Of a stretch of DNA of 43,756 nt, positions 36,823 to 43,756 are shown piece after piece. Numbering within the stretch: the first letter of the stretch is position 1; every line of letters begins with the position of its first letter. The notes under the pieces were generated by a model that was not told where the DNA came from, made no database searches, and saw nothing but the letters and a program-made list of their open reading frames with translations. The DNA is taken from the NCBI GenBank assembly GCA_004322435.1, contig SCTT01000232.1, positions 1 to 43,756 of the forward strand. Direction: 5' to 3'. The position numbers and the translations under genes are program-made. Source of the DNA: a bacterium. Lineage in GTDB: Bacteria > Elusimicrobiota > Elusimicrobia > UBA1565.

Positions 36823-36910
36823 GGCCCAAAGCCCGCGGGACCTCTGCCGTCGGTCCCCTGGGCCCTCCGCCTCAGAAGCCGTCCGCGGGGCTCCTCTATA
36901 CTCTCCCGCG

Positions 36911-38251
36911 ATGAAGAAAACCGCCCCCGCCCTCCTCATATCTCTGCTCCTCGCCGGGCCGCTGCGCGCCGCGTCCCCCGGCACCCTATTCCAAACGCGG
37001 ACGCTGCCCAACGGCCTGACGGTGGTCGTCCAAGAGGACCGCTCCATCCCCGTCGCGGCGGTCAACGTCTGGTACAACGTCGGCTCCAAGGACGAGAAGA
37101 AGGGCAAGACCGGCTTCGCGCACCTCTTCGAGCACTACATGTTCGAGGGCTCGGAGCACGCGCCGGGCGGCCAGTACTTCTCGCGCATCTTCGGCATGGG
37201 CGGCATCACGAACGCCAACACCACCTCGGACCGCACCGACTACTACGCGGTCGTCCCGTCGGAGGGCGTCGAGGAGGTCCTTCGCCTCGAGTCCGACCGC
37301 ATGGGCTGGCTGCGCGGCGCGATGAACCAGGGCAGCCTCGACAAGCAGCGCGGCATCGTCAAAAACGAGAAGCGGCTGCGCGAGGGCCAGCCTTACGGGG
37401 GCGCCTGGGAGGCCCTGGGCGAGACGGTGTGGCCCAAAGACCACCCTTACCGCTGGCCCGTCATCGGCTCGATGGCGGATTTGGACGGCGCCTCCCTCGA
37501 CGACGTGAAGGCCTTCCACGCCGAGTACTACGCCCCCAACAACGCGGTGCTGACCGTGGCCGGCGACGTGTCGGCCGCGGAGGTCTTCGCGCAGGCCGAG
37601 AAGTGGTTCGGGGCCATCCCGGCGGGAAAGGCGCCGTCCCGCAACAACATCCCCGCCGTCACGGCCCCCGCGCAGGCCTCGCGCACGGTCGTCGACGACA
37701 AGGCGCGCCTGCCGCTCCTCTTCGTCGCCTATCCCATCCCGGGCAAAGGCCAGCCCGGCTGGGCCGAGATGGCCGTGGTCGCCTCGGTGTTGGGCGGCGG
37801 CCGCACCTCGCGCCTCGTGCAGGCCCTGCAGTACGACCGCAACCTCGTCTTGTCGGTGGACGCCTCGGTGACGGGGATGCACGAGAACGACCTGTTCATC
37901 GTCTCGGCGATGCCCGCGCCCGGCGTCAAGGCCGACGTGGTCCGCGCCGCCATCGACGCGGAGCTCGCGAAGGTCGTCCGCGACGGCGTGACGCCTCGGG
38001 AGCTCGGGCGCGTGCGCGCGGGCCTCAAGACGGCGCGCCTCGACGCCTTGCAGGAGGCCGAAGGCGTGGCGGCGTCCTTGGCCGAGGGCCAGGGACGCTT
38101 CGGCGACCCCGGCTTCAACGAGACCGTCGACGCTCGCGTGCAGGCGATGGACCCCGAGGCCGCCCGGGCCGCGGCGGCCAAGTACCTCAGGCCCGGCAAC
38201 GCGGCCGGGGTGAGCGTCGTGCCGGCCCCGCGCCCCGGAGGACCCCGATGA
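36911..38251 (+). CDS. M16-family (pitrilysin-like) zinc peptidase, catalytic subunit
   Basis: A signal peptide is present. The inverted zinc motif is HLFEHYMFEGSEH (HxxEH). TATACT lies 8 nt upstream of the ATG. Confidence 0.88.
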   Translation: MKKTAPALLISLLLAGPLRAASPGTLFQTRTLPNGLTVVVQEDRSIPVAAVNVWYNVGSKDEKKGKTGFAHLFEHYMFEGSEHAPGGQYFSRIFGMGGITNANTTSDRTDYYAVVPSEGVEEVLRLESDRMGWLRGAMNQGSLDKQRGIVKNEKRLREGQPYGGAWEALGETVWPKDHPYRWPVIGSMADLDGASLDDVKAFHAEYYAPNNAVLTVAGDVSAAEVFAQAEKWFGAIPAGKAPSRNNIPAVTAPAQASRTVVDDKARLPLLFVAYPIPGKGQPGWAEMAVVASVLGGGRTSRLVQALQYDRNLVLSVDASVTGMHENDLFIVSAMPAPGVKADVVRAAIDAELAKVVRDGVTPRELGRVRAGLKTARLDALQEAEGVAASLAEGQGRFGDPGFNETVDARVQAMDPEAARAAAAKYLRPGNAAGVSVVPAPRPGGPR

Positions 38252-39708
38252 AGGCCCTGCTCCTCGCGGCCCTGTTGGCTCTCCCCGCGGCGGCCCAGGT
38301 GGCCGTCCCGCTCGACCGCACGGCCCCGGTGGCGCCCGCCGCGCCCCGCCCGTTCCAACTGCCGCCTCTGTCGGAGTCGAACCTTCCCAACGGCATGAAG
38401 GTCGCGCTCATCGAGGTCCATCGCGTCGCCCTCGTGAGCGTCCGGCTCGTCTTCCCGTTCGCCGGCTCCGCCAACGACCCTTCGGGCAAGGCCGGCCTCG
38501 CCGGCCTCACGGCCTCCTTGATGACCGAGGGCGCGGGCGCCTTGGACGGCCGCGCCTTCGCCGAGGCCGTGGACGATTTGGGCGCCTCGGTGTCGGCCTC
38601 GGCCGACAAGGACGCTCTGGTCGTCACCGTGTTCGCCGCCAAGGAGAACCTCGACGCCGCGCTGGCCCTGGCGGCTTCGATGGTGCGGACCCCGGCCCTG
38701 CCGGAGGCCGACTTCGAACGCAACCGCGCCGAGCGCTTGGCCGGGCTCGAGGCCGAGAAGGGCTCGCCGGGCGGACAGGCCGAGCGGCGCCTGCAGACCT
38801 TGGTCTTGGGCGGCCATCCCTACGGGACGCGCGCCGACGAGACGTCTTTGACCGCGCTCTCACCCGCCGACGCGCGGACCTTCCACGCGCTGCGCGTGCG
38901 GCCCGAGGGGGCCGTGTTCGCGGCGGCCGGCGACATCGACATGGCGGGCCTGACGGCGCTCGCACAGAAGCACTTCGGGACCTGGACCGGGGCGCCGACG
39001 CTCGTGCCGCTCGCCGAGACTCCGCGGCTCGCCGAAAGGGACCCGTCGTCCACGGGCGGCCTCGTCATCGATTTAATCGACGTCCCCGGCGCCCAGCAGT
39101 CGGCGCTGCGGCTGGGGCACCGGTCGGTCTCGCGCGACGACTCGGACTACCTGGCGGTCTCCCTGATGAACTTCATCCTCGGCCGCGCGCCCATCACCAA
39201 CCGCCTCGAGCACAACATCCGCGAGGTGCATTCCTGGGCCTACGGCGCCTCCTCGGGCGTCGACGCCTGGCGCCGCGGCGGGATGTTCTCGGTGGAGACC
39301 GACGTCCAGACCGACGCCACGGCCGACGCGCTGCGGGAGGTCTTGAAGGAGATGTCGCGGATGCAGACCGAGCTGGTGCCGGACGCCGAGCTGGCTTCGG
39401 CCAAGCGCCTGTTGGCGGGCCTGTTCGTGATGCGCCAGCAGAAGGTGCAGGACATCGCGGCGCAGGCCGCGGGCATCGAACTCAACGGCCTTTCGCCCGA
39501 CACCCTGCAGACCTACCGCGACCGCGTCGCGGCCCTCACCGCCGCGGACGTCCAGGCGGCGGCCCTAAAGCACCTGCGCCCGGCCGAGCTGCGCATCGTC
39601 GTCGCGGGGGACGCCAAGCTCGTGAAGGGCCCCCTGTCGGCCGTCGCCCCGGTGCGGGTCCTGGGCGCGGACGGGAATCCGCCCGCCCCGGCTCCCGCCG
39701 CCCGCTAG
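38248..39708 (+). CDS. M16-family peptidase-like protein, non-catalytic partner (no HxxEH), 486 aa
   Basis: The ATG overlaps the upstream stop (ATGA). A signal peptide is present. GLAGLTASLMTEG occupies the position of HxxEH. Confidence 0.82.
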   Translation: MKALLLAALLALPAAAQVAVPLDRTAPVAPAAPRPFQLPPLSESNLPNGMKVALIEVHRVALVSVRLVFPFAGSANDPSGKAGLAGLTASLMTEGAGALDGRAFAEAVDDLGASVSASADKDALVVTVFAAKENLDAALALAASMVRTPALPEADFERNRAERLAGLEAEKGSPGGQAERRLQTLVLGGHPYGTRADETSLTALSPADARTFHALRVRPEGAVFAAAGDIDMAGLTALAQKHFGTWTGAPTLVPLAETPRLAERDPSSTGGLVIDLIDVPGAQQSALRLGHRSVSRDDSDYLAVSLMNFILGRAPITNRLEHNIREVHSWAYGASSGVDAWRRGGMFSVETDVQTDATADALREVLKEMSRMQTELVPDAELASAKRLLAGLFVMRQQKVQDIAAQAAGIELNGLSPDTLQTYRDRVAALTAADVQAAALKHLRPAELRIVVAGDAKLVKGPLSAVAPVRVLGADGNPPAPAPAAR

Positions 39709-39896
39709 GGAATCAGGGCGCTCAGGCGGGCGACGACCCGGTTCCCGACCTCGCCCAAGTTCCGTTCCACGGCCGCCTTGTGCGCCTCGTAGCCGGCCGG
39801 GCCGTCGTCCTCGAGCCACGCCCGAGCGTCCCCGGCCGCCCTCTCCGCCGCGCCCAACGTCATCGACACCGTCCTGCGCAAGTTGAACCTGAGCAT
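39705..39896 (-). CDS. Small hypothetical protein (63 aa)
   Basis: ATG 39896 is preceded by GGAAGGAGG with a 4-nt spacer. The ORF-track start at 39914 lacks an SD. No family was recognised. Confidence 0.45.
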   Translation of the reverse strand: MLRFNLRRTVSMTLGAAERAAGDARAWLEDDGPAGYEAHKAAVERNLGEVGNRVVARLSALIP

Positions 39897-39949
39897 GGCC
39901 CCTCCTTCCGGCATCCATGGGACACCGCGCGGCAGGGGAAGTTCCGCCG

Positions 39950-40023
39950 TCCGGACGGTTGGCTGCCAACCGTCCGGAGGAAGGCATGCCTCCGGCTAGG
40001 GGGTCAGGCGCCCCGAGGGGGCG
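39950..40023 (-). promoter_or_regulatory. Cluster of three GC-rich hairpins between the ychJ stop and the small ORF; two of them are mutually exclusive
   Basis: Hairpin 1 is TCCGGACGGTTGG-CTG-CCAACCGTCCGGA (39950-39978, 13-bp arms). Hairpin 2 is CCGGAGG-N8-CCTCCGG (39974-39995) and shares CCGGA with the first. Hairpin 3 is CGCCCC-GAG-GGGGCG (40009-40023). No T-tract follows. Confidence 0.4.
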
Positions 40024-40521
40024 TCACTGGCCGCAGCACTTCTTGAACTTCTTCTTCGACCCGCACGAGCAGGGGTCGTTGCGGCCGACGTCGGGGCCCG
40101 ACTTCACGACGGTCTCGGGCTTGGGGGCCTTGCCGTCCACGAACACCCAGGCGCCCTTTTCCTTGCGGAACGTCGCGATCTCCCGGTGCTCGTACTCGTC
40201 GGCGCCCTGGGCGAAGCGCGCGGTGAAGTTCACCACGCCGGTCTCGTCGTCCTCGGCGCCGTCTTTGAGGAAGTTGATGGTGAGGCCCTTCCACGCCGAC
40301 TCCTTCGCCCACTTCTCGGAGGCGGCCCGGTCGAAGTCCGCCCGCCCCTCGGGCGCCAAGGTCTTCTCGAGGAACGTGATGTTCGCCTTCACGTAGCTCG
40401 TGTAGCGGGCGCGCATCAGCGCTTCGGCGGTCTTCGCCGGGGCCTTCCCCGTGATGACGGGCTCGCAGCAGGCGGCGTAGGCTTTTTCGGTGCCGCAGGG
40501 GCAGTGGGTGGGGTCGCTCAT
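40024..40521 (-). CDS. ychJ: YchJ-family (UPF0225) protein with SEC-C motifs at both termini
   Basis: The N-terminus has [13 protein letters not shown] and the C-terminus has [16 protein letters not shown]. The central part is NTF2-like: ..[11 protein letters not shown].. Confidence 0.85.
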   Translation of the reverse strand: MSDPTHCPCGTEKAYAACCEPVITGKAPAKTAEALMRARYTSYVKANITFLEKTLAPEGRADFDRAASEKWAKESAWKGLTINFLKDGAEDDETGVVNFTARFAQGADEYEHREIATFRKEKGAWVFVDGKAPKPETVVKSGPDVGRNDPCSCGSKKKFKKCCGQ

Positions 40522-40559
40522 CCCGCGATTCTAGCGAAATGGCGGCCCCACCCGCGTCC

Positions 40560-40934
40560 TCAGTTGGGCGCCGTCAGCGGCCCCGGGACGCCCGCGCAGG
40601 CCAGGCGGTCGAGCATCACGAACGCCCGGGTCATGTTGACGGCCCCGTTGACGGCCAGCGGGCTGTCGAGCACCGCGGCCAGCATCGCCAGCCCCTCCGG
40701 GTAGAACGCGAAGCGCGGCGCCTCCCCGCCGCAGCGCCGCGACAGGCGCTCGCCCTCCCCGGGAGACAGGCACAGCATGAAGTCGTCGGGGAAGCGGCGC
40801 GCCTCGCGGCGCACGCGCCGGCGCAGCTCCCCCGGCTCGACTCCGTACAGCAGCGCGGCGTCGGCGTCCAAGACGGCGCGGCGCCCGCGGACCGACACGA
40901 CCGGCGGCACGAACGGCTCGTTGGGGTTCTCCAT
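40560..40934 (-). CDS. ORF6N-domain (KilA-N-related) protein, 124 aa
   Basis: VRGRRAVLDADAALLYGVEPGELRRRVRREARRFPDDFMLCLS...AFYPEGLAMLAAVLDSPLAVNGAVNMTRAFVML matches the ORF6N pattern. Only the last 375 nt of the 592-aa ORF-track entry are used. Confidence 0.7.
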   Translation of the reverse strand: MENPNEPFVPPVVSVRGRRAVLDADAALLYGVEPGELRRRVRREARRFPDDFMLCLSPGEGERLSRRCGGEAPRFAFYPEGLAMLAAVLDSPLAVNGAVNMTRAFVMLDRLACAGVPGPLTAPN

Positions 40935-41024
40935 ACCTACACGTACGCCGGACCCCCCGAAAAAGTTCCATCCTCCGACGGAAGGCCTTCCTCCCGGGCC
41001 CCGTTCCCTGGTAAGCTCTGGCCC

Positions 41025-42092
41025 ATGCCCGAGCTCGCCGACCTCCTGCGCGCCGCCGTGGAGCAGCGCGCCAACGAGGTCTTCATCGTCCCCGACCAGC
41101 CGCTGCGCATCAAGCGGGCCGGGGTCCTGACGGAGCTGGCCGGCTTCGGCCCCCTGCCGGCCTCCGAGGTCGCCCGGCTCCTCCTCTCGAACCTCTACGA
41201 GGAGCAGCGGCGCCTGCTGCAGGACAACCTCGAGCTCGACTGCTCGATGGGCATCCCGCAGGTCGCGCGCTTCCGGGTGAGCATCACGACCCAGGCCCGC
41301 GGCCTGCAGGCGGTCGCCCACCTCATCCCGGCGACCATCCCCACCCCCGAGGACCTGCACCTGCCCGAGGCGGTGACGAACCTGGCCTCCCTGGCGCGCG
41401 GGCTCGTCCTCATCACCGGCGGGATGGGCTCGGGCAAGTCCACGCTCCTGGCCTGCCTCATCGAGCGCATCAACCAGACCCGCGACGTCCACATCGTCAC
41501 GGTGGAAGACCTCATCGAGTACTACTTCACGCCGCGCAACTCGGTCATCTGCCAGCGCGAGATGGGCACCCACGCCAAGAGCTACGCGCAGGCGCTTAAG
41601 TCGGTGCTCAAGCAGTCGGCGGACGTCGTGCTCGTGGGCGAGATCCGCGACCGCGACACGGCCGACGCGGCGCTGCACCTGGCCGAATCCGGCCCGCTCG
41701 TGTTCGCGACTTTGCCCACCACCGACTCGATGCACACCGTCGAGCGCATCGTGACGATGTTCCCGCCCGAGCGCCAGCGCCAGGCCCAGCTGCGCCTGGC
41801 CTCGACGCTCAAGGGCGCGGTGTCCCAGATCCTCCTGCCGCGGGCCGACGGCACGGGGCTCATCGCGGCCCGCGAGATCATGCTGATGAACCTCGGCATC
41901 GAGACCGCGGTGCGCGAGGGGAAGACCCCGCAGATCTACGGGGCCATCGAGGCGGCGACCAAGCTCGGGATGGTCAACATGGACAAGTCCATCGTGCGGC
42001 TGGTCGCCAAGAAGCTCGTCACCCGCGAGGCCGCGCTCGAGAAGTGCCACCGGCCGGACGAGATGACGTCGGCCCTCTCCATCATCAAGTAG
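41025..42092 (+). CDS. pilT: PilT/PilU-family type IV pilus retraction ATPase homologue with divergent catalytic boxes (355 aa)
   Basis: Walker A is GGMGSGKST, the Asp box is TVEDLIEY (usually EDPIE), and Walker B is VVLVGEIRD. The His box reads SGPLVFATLPT, with both His replaced by Pro. The C-terminus is REGK..QIY..GMVNMD. Confidence 0.72.
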   Translation: MPELADLLRAAVEQRANEVFIVPDQPLRIKRAGVLTELAGFGPLPASEVARLLLSNLYEEQRRLLQDNLELDCSMGIPQVARFRVSITTQARGLQAVAHLIPATIPTPEDLHLPEAVTNLASLARGLVLITGGMGSGKSTLLACLIERINQTRDVHIVTVEDLIEYYFTPRNSVICQREMGTHAKSYAQALKSVLKQSADVVLVGEIRDRDTADAALHLAESGPLVFATLPTTDSMHTVERIVTMFPPERQRQAQLRLASTLKGAVSQILLPRADGTGLIAAREIMLMNLGIETAVREGKTPQIYGAIEAATKLGMVNMDKSIVRLVAKKLVTREAALEKCHRPDEMTSALSIIK

Positions 42093-42094
42093 GC

Positions 42095-42403
42095 CTAGGG
42101 CGGCGGCATCCGGGGCGCCGGCTTGCCGAGCTCGGCCGCGAACGCCTCCGCCCAGGCTCGGCGCTCCGGCGGGGCCTTCGCGAGGTTCTCCCGCGCGCGG
42201 CCGAGCAGGTACTCGTAGCCGGTCCGGCCGCCCTGCCCCAGCTTGTGGTAGGCGGCGGCGGCCTGGACGACCCCCTGCAGAAACGACTTCTCCGCGCCCG
42301 TCGCCCCCAACCAGGCCGCCTCCACGAGCTCGTGGCACTCGAAATAGGCACCCGAGTCGAAAAGCCGCCGGGCGGCGCAGAGGTCGTAGGCCATGCCCCC
42401 CAT
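42095..42403 (-). CDS. DUF309-domain protein (102 aa)
   Basis: RRLFDSGAYFECHELVEAAW...FLQGVVQAAAAYHKLGQG is the typical DUF309 pattern. An alternative start is ATG 42394. Confidence 0.7.
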   Translation of the reverse strand: MGGMAYDLCAARRLFDSGAYFECHELVEAAWLGATGAEKSFLQGVVQAAAAYHKLGQGGRTGYEYLLGRARENLAKAPPERRAWAEAFAAELGKPAPRMPPP

Positions 42404-42446
42404 TATCCCAGTTTTCTCAAGTCTGGCACCATTTTGGCGGAATCCG

Positions 42447-42455
42447 TGCTATACT
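42447..42455 (+). promoter_or_regulatory. Extended -10 promoter (TGcTATACT) for the cold-shock gene, giving a ~100-nt 5' UTR
   Basis: TG-C-TATACT lies about 110 nt upstream of ATG42564, inside the relatively AT-rich 42404-42563 intergenic region. No good -35 was seen. Confidence 0.35.
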
Positions 42456-42563
42456 AATACCTGCGTAGGCTAGAGTACAGATTCAACCGTCAAGACTAAC
42501 CATCCTGCCAGGTCGATAATCACCTCTAAATAAAAAGCTTACCGTTAGTAACAAGAGAACAAA

Positions 42564-42764
42564 ATGAAAGGCAAAGTTAAGTGGTTCAACGACCAGAAGG
42601 GCTTCGGGTTCATCACTCCTGAGGACGGCTCCAAGGACCTGTTCGTCCACCACTCCAGCATCATGGCGTCGGGCTTCAAGTCCCTCGCCGAGAACCAGTC
42701 CGTCGAGTTCGACGTCGAGCAGTCCGAGAAGGGACCGCGCGCCGCGAACGTCAAGCCGCTCTAG
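42564..42764 (+). CDS. cspA: Cold-shock protein (CspA family), 66 aa
   Basis: RNP1 is KGFGFI and RNP2 is LFVHHS. The N-terminus is [22 protein letters not shown]. Confidence 0.95.
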   Translation: MKGKVKWFNDQKGFGFITPEDGSKDLFVHHSSIMASGFKSLAENQSVEFDVEQSEKGPRAANVKPL

Positions 42765-42784
42765 CCAGCGCTGACGGAATGGGG

Positions 42785-42820
42785 GCCCCGCGCCGAAAGG
42801 CGCGGGGCTCTTTCTTTTCC
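42785..42820 (+). terminator. Rho-independent terminator of csp
   Basis: A perfect 10-bp stem, GCCCCGCGCC-GAAA-GGCGCGGGGC, is followed by TCTTTCTTTTCC. Confidence 0.85.
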
Positions 42821-42842
42821 CGGGTTTTTGTATCTTCGGGGC

Positions 42843-43298
42843 ATGGCCGTCCCCCGCCCCGCGCCCCGGCTCCTCGTCGTCGCGGCGCTCTTGGCCTCGG
42901 CGGGCTACGGCGCCCTGCGCCTGAGGGAGCTGGCGGGGGTCAAGGCGAAGCTGGACGCCGGCGCCTCCCCCGAGGCCGCTCTGGCGAAGCCGCAGGCTCC
43001 AGCGGCGGAGCCCGAGGAGCCGCCGCCGGCGGACCCCGGCGGACAGCGGCTCTTGAGCGTCAAGCGCGGGCCTTCCCAGGTCGGGTCCGGCTCCGGGGTC
43101 CTCATCGACCACAAGACGGGGCAGCGGCTCGAGGTGGGCGGCGGTTCGGCGCTCCCGCGTCCGCCCGCGGCTCTGCGCGGCCTGTTCTCGGACGATTTGA
43201 ACGCGCGGCGCAACCGCGCCTATGCACTGCTCTTGGGGACCGCGGCCTTCGCGGTCGCTCTGGTTGTGCGGGCGCGACGCGCTCTCAAACGTCCGTAG
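42843..43298 (+). CDS. Hypothetical membrane protein (151 aa from ATG42843)
   Basis: The N-terminal helix is RLLVVAALLASAGYGAL and the C-terminal helix is AYALLLGTAAFAVALVV. The linker is Pro/Ala/Glu-rich. The ORF-track TTG start at 42828 is also possible. Confidence 0.5.
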   Translation: MAVPRPAPRLLVVAALLASAGYGALRLRELAGVKAKLDAGASPEAALAKPQAPAAEPEEPPPADPGGQRLLSVKRGPSQVGSGSGVLIDHKTGQRLEVGGGSALPRPPAALRGLFSDDLNARRNRAYALLLGTAAFAVALVVRARRALKRP

Positions 43299-43339
43299 CG
43301 CCCCCTTGCGGCGGGAGAGGGGGCCGGTATACTAGGGCG

Positions 43340-43756
43340 ATGCGCGTGCTGCTGTTTTCCGCTCTCTTAGGGGCATCGGTCGCCGTTCGGGCGGAGGAGC
43401 TGTGCCCGGCAGGAGCCGCCGACCGGGTCCTGGCCAATCCCGGGGCGGTGCTGTCTCCCTGTCTTTCGGCGATGACGAAGGCGAAGCAGGAGCTCGCCCG
43501 GGTGGGAGCGCCGGAGAGCGGCGCGACCGCCGAAGAGCGGGCCCGGGCGGTGGAACGCTACGACGCGCTGCTGGCCGACATGACGGCTGTCCGGGCCAAG
43601 GTGTCCGCGTTGAAGGGAGACGAACGGATGGCCTTCGACTACGTGCTGAGGCCCTTCAACGCGCGTCACGACGAATTCCGGTCTCCGAAGGTCCAAGCGC
43701 TCCGGAATACGCTCGTCCCGGCCGGCGTCGAACCCGCCAACCCCGAGCTCCCGACC
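43340..43756 (+). CDS. Secreted hypothetical protein, 3'-truncated by the window end
   Basis: It is not in the ORF track because no stop falls inside the window. I translated ATG43340 by hand and found it open for all 139 codons. The signal peptide is MRVLLFSALLGASVAVRA. TATACT lies 6 nt upstream of the ATG. Confidence 0.55.
   Translation, partial: MRVLLFSALLGASVAVRAEELCPAGAADRVLANPGAVLSPCLSAMTKAKQELARVGAPESGATAEERARAVERYDALLADMTAVRAKVSALKGDERMAFDYVLRPFNARHDEFRSPKVQALRNTLVPAGVEPANPELPT

Noticed and set aside
40935-42338. Upstream 1.4 kb of the 592-aa minus-strand ORF 40560-42338
   Set aside because: Only the last 124 codons (from MENPNEPF..) match the ORF6N pattern. The remainder is antisense to the well-supported PilT-like gene and is compositionally artefactual.
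42424-42438. Sigma54-like element TGGCAC-N5-TGGC upstream of the cold-shock gene
   Set aside because: The -12 element is TGGC rather than TTGC. No enhancer-binding protein gene is nearby, and the extended -10 box (TGcTATACT) 10 nt downstream is a simpler explanation. This remains unresolved without TSS data.

Overview
Very GC-rich, densely coding bacterial chromosomal window. I recognised no rRNA, tRNA, CRISPR array or IS/transposase. Layout: (1) 57-11189 is one 11.1-kb gene for a 3710-aa secreted protein. It is built from 18 strictly alternating pairs of two FN3-like module types, plus one odd FN3, an Ig-like region and a ~100-aa T9SS/FlgD-Ig-like C-terminal sorting domain. It contains a recent in-frame 3 x 528-bp tandem amplification. 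Its stop overlaps the start of a PorV/PorQ-like outer-membrane barrel that carries an acidic linker plus a TPR-like C-terminal extension. A secreted HExxH protein follows. (2) 13.6-20.4 kb holds small accessory genes: an SseB-like protein, a signal-peptide HNH nuclease, a Spy/CpxP-like chaperone, a PQ-loop membrane protein with a long Ala/Pro-rich N-terminus, an SDR, an anchored hypothetical, and an AAA_14/DUF4143 ATPase behind an AT-rich palindromic operator. (3) 21.0-26.3 kb on the minus strand holds a Rec-GGDEF-like regulator (motif GGDDF). It is followed by a translationally coupled operon of aldehyde dehydrogenase, GabT and a Tat-signal flavin amine-oxidase-like protein, a putative amine -> GABA -> succinic semialdehyde route. 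(4) 26.4-36.8 kb holds a complete F1Fo ATP synthase operon (atpZ-I-B-E-F-H-A-G-D-C) interrupted by three translationally coupled non-ATPase genes. A secreted 151-aa protein and an HldD-like heptose epimerase lie between atpA and atpG, and a PilZ c-di-GMP receptor lies between atpG and atpD. The operon runs on into a secreted protein and an MBL-fold lipoprotein that has lost its metal ligands. (5) 36.9-43.7 kb holds an M16 peptidase pair, a small ORF, YchJ, an ORF6N protein divergent from a PilT-like ATPase lacking both His-box histidines, DUF309, a cold-shock protein with a long leader and clean terminator, and two membrane/secreted hypotheticals. The most novel candidate is the c-di-GMP wiring (Rec-GGDEF-like gene plus embedded PilZ) into the ATP synthase operon. 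The second is the giant-adhesin / PorV-like / HExxH cassette. CDS coordinates are anchored on the supplied ORF frames. Motif coordinates that I counted by hand may be off by 1-2 nt. All family assignments come from motif recognition by eye, not from database searches.
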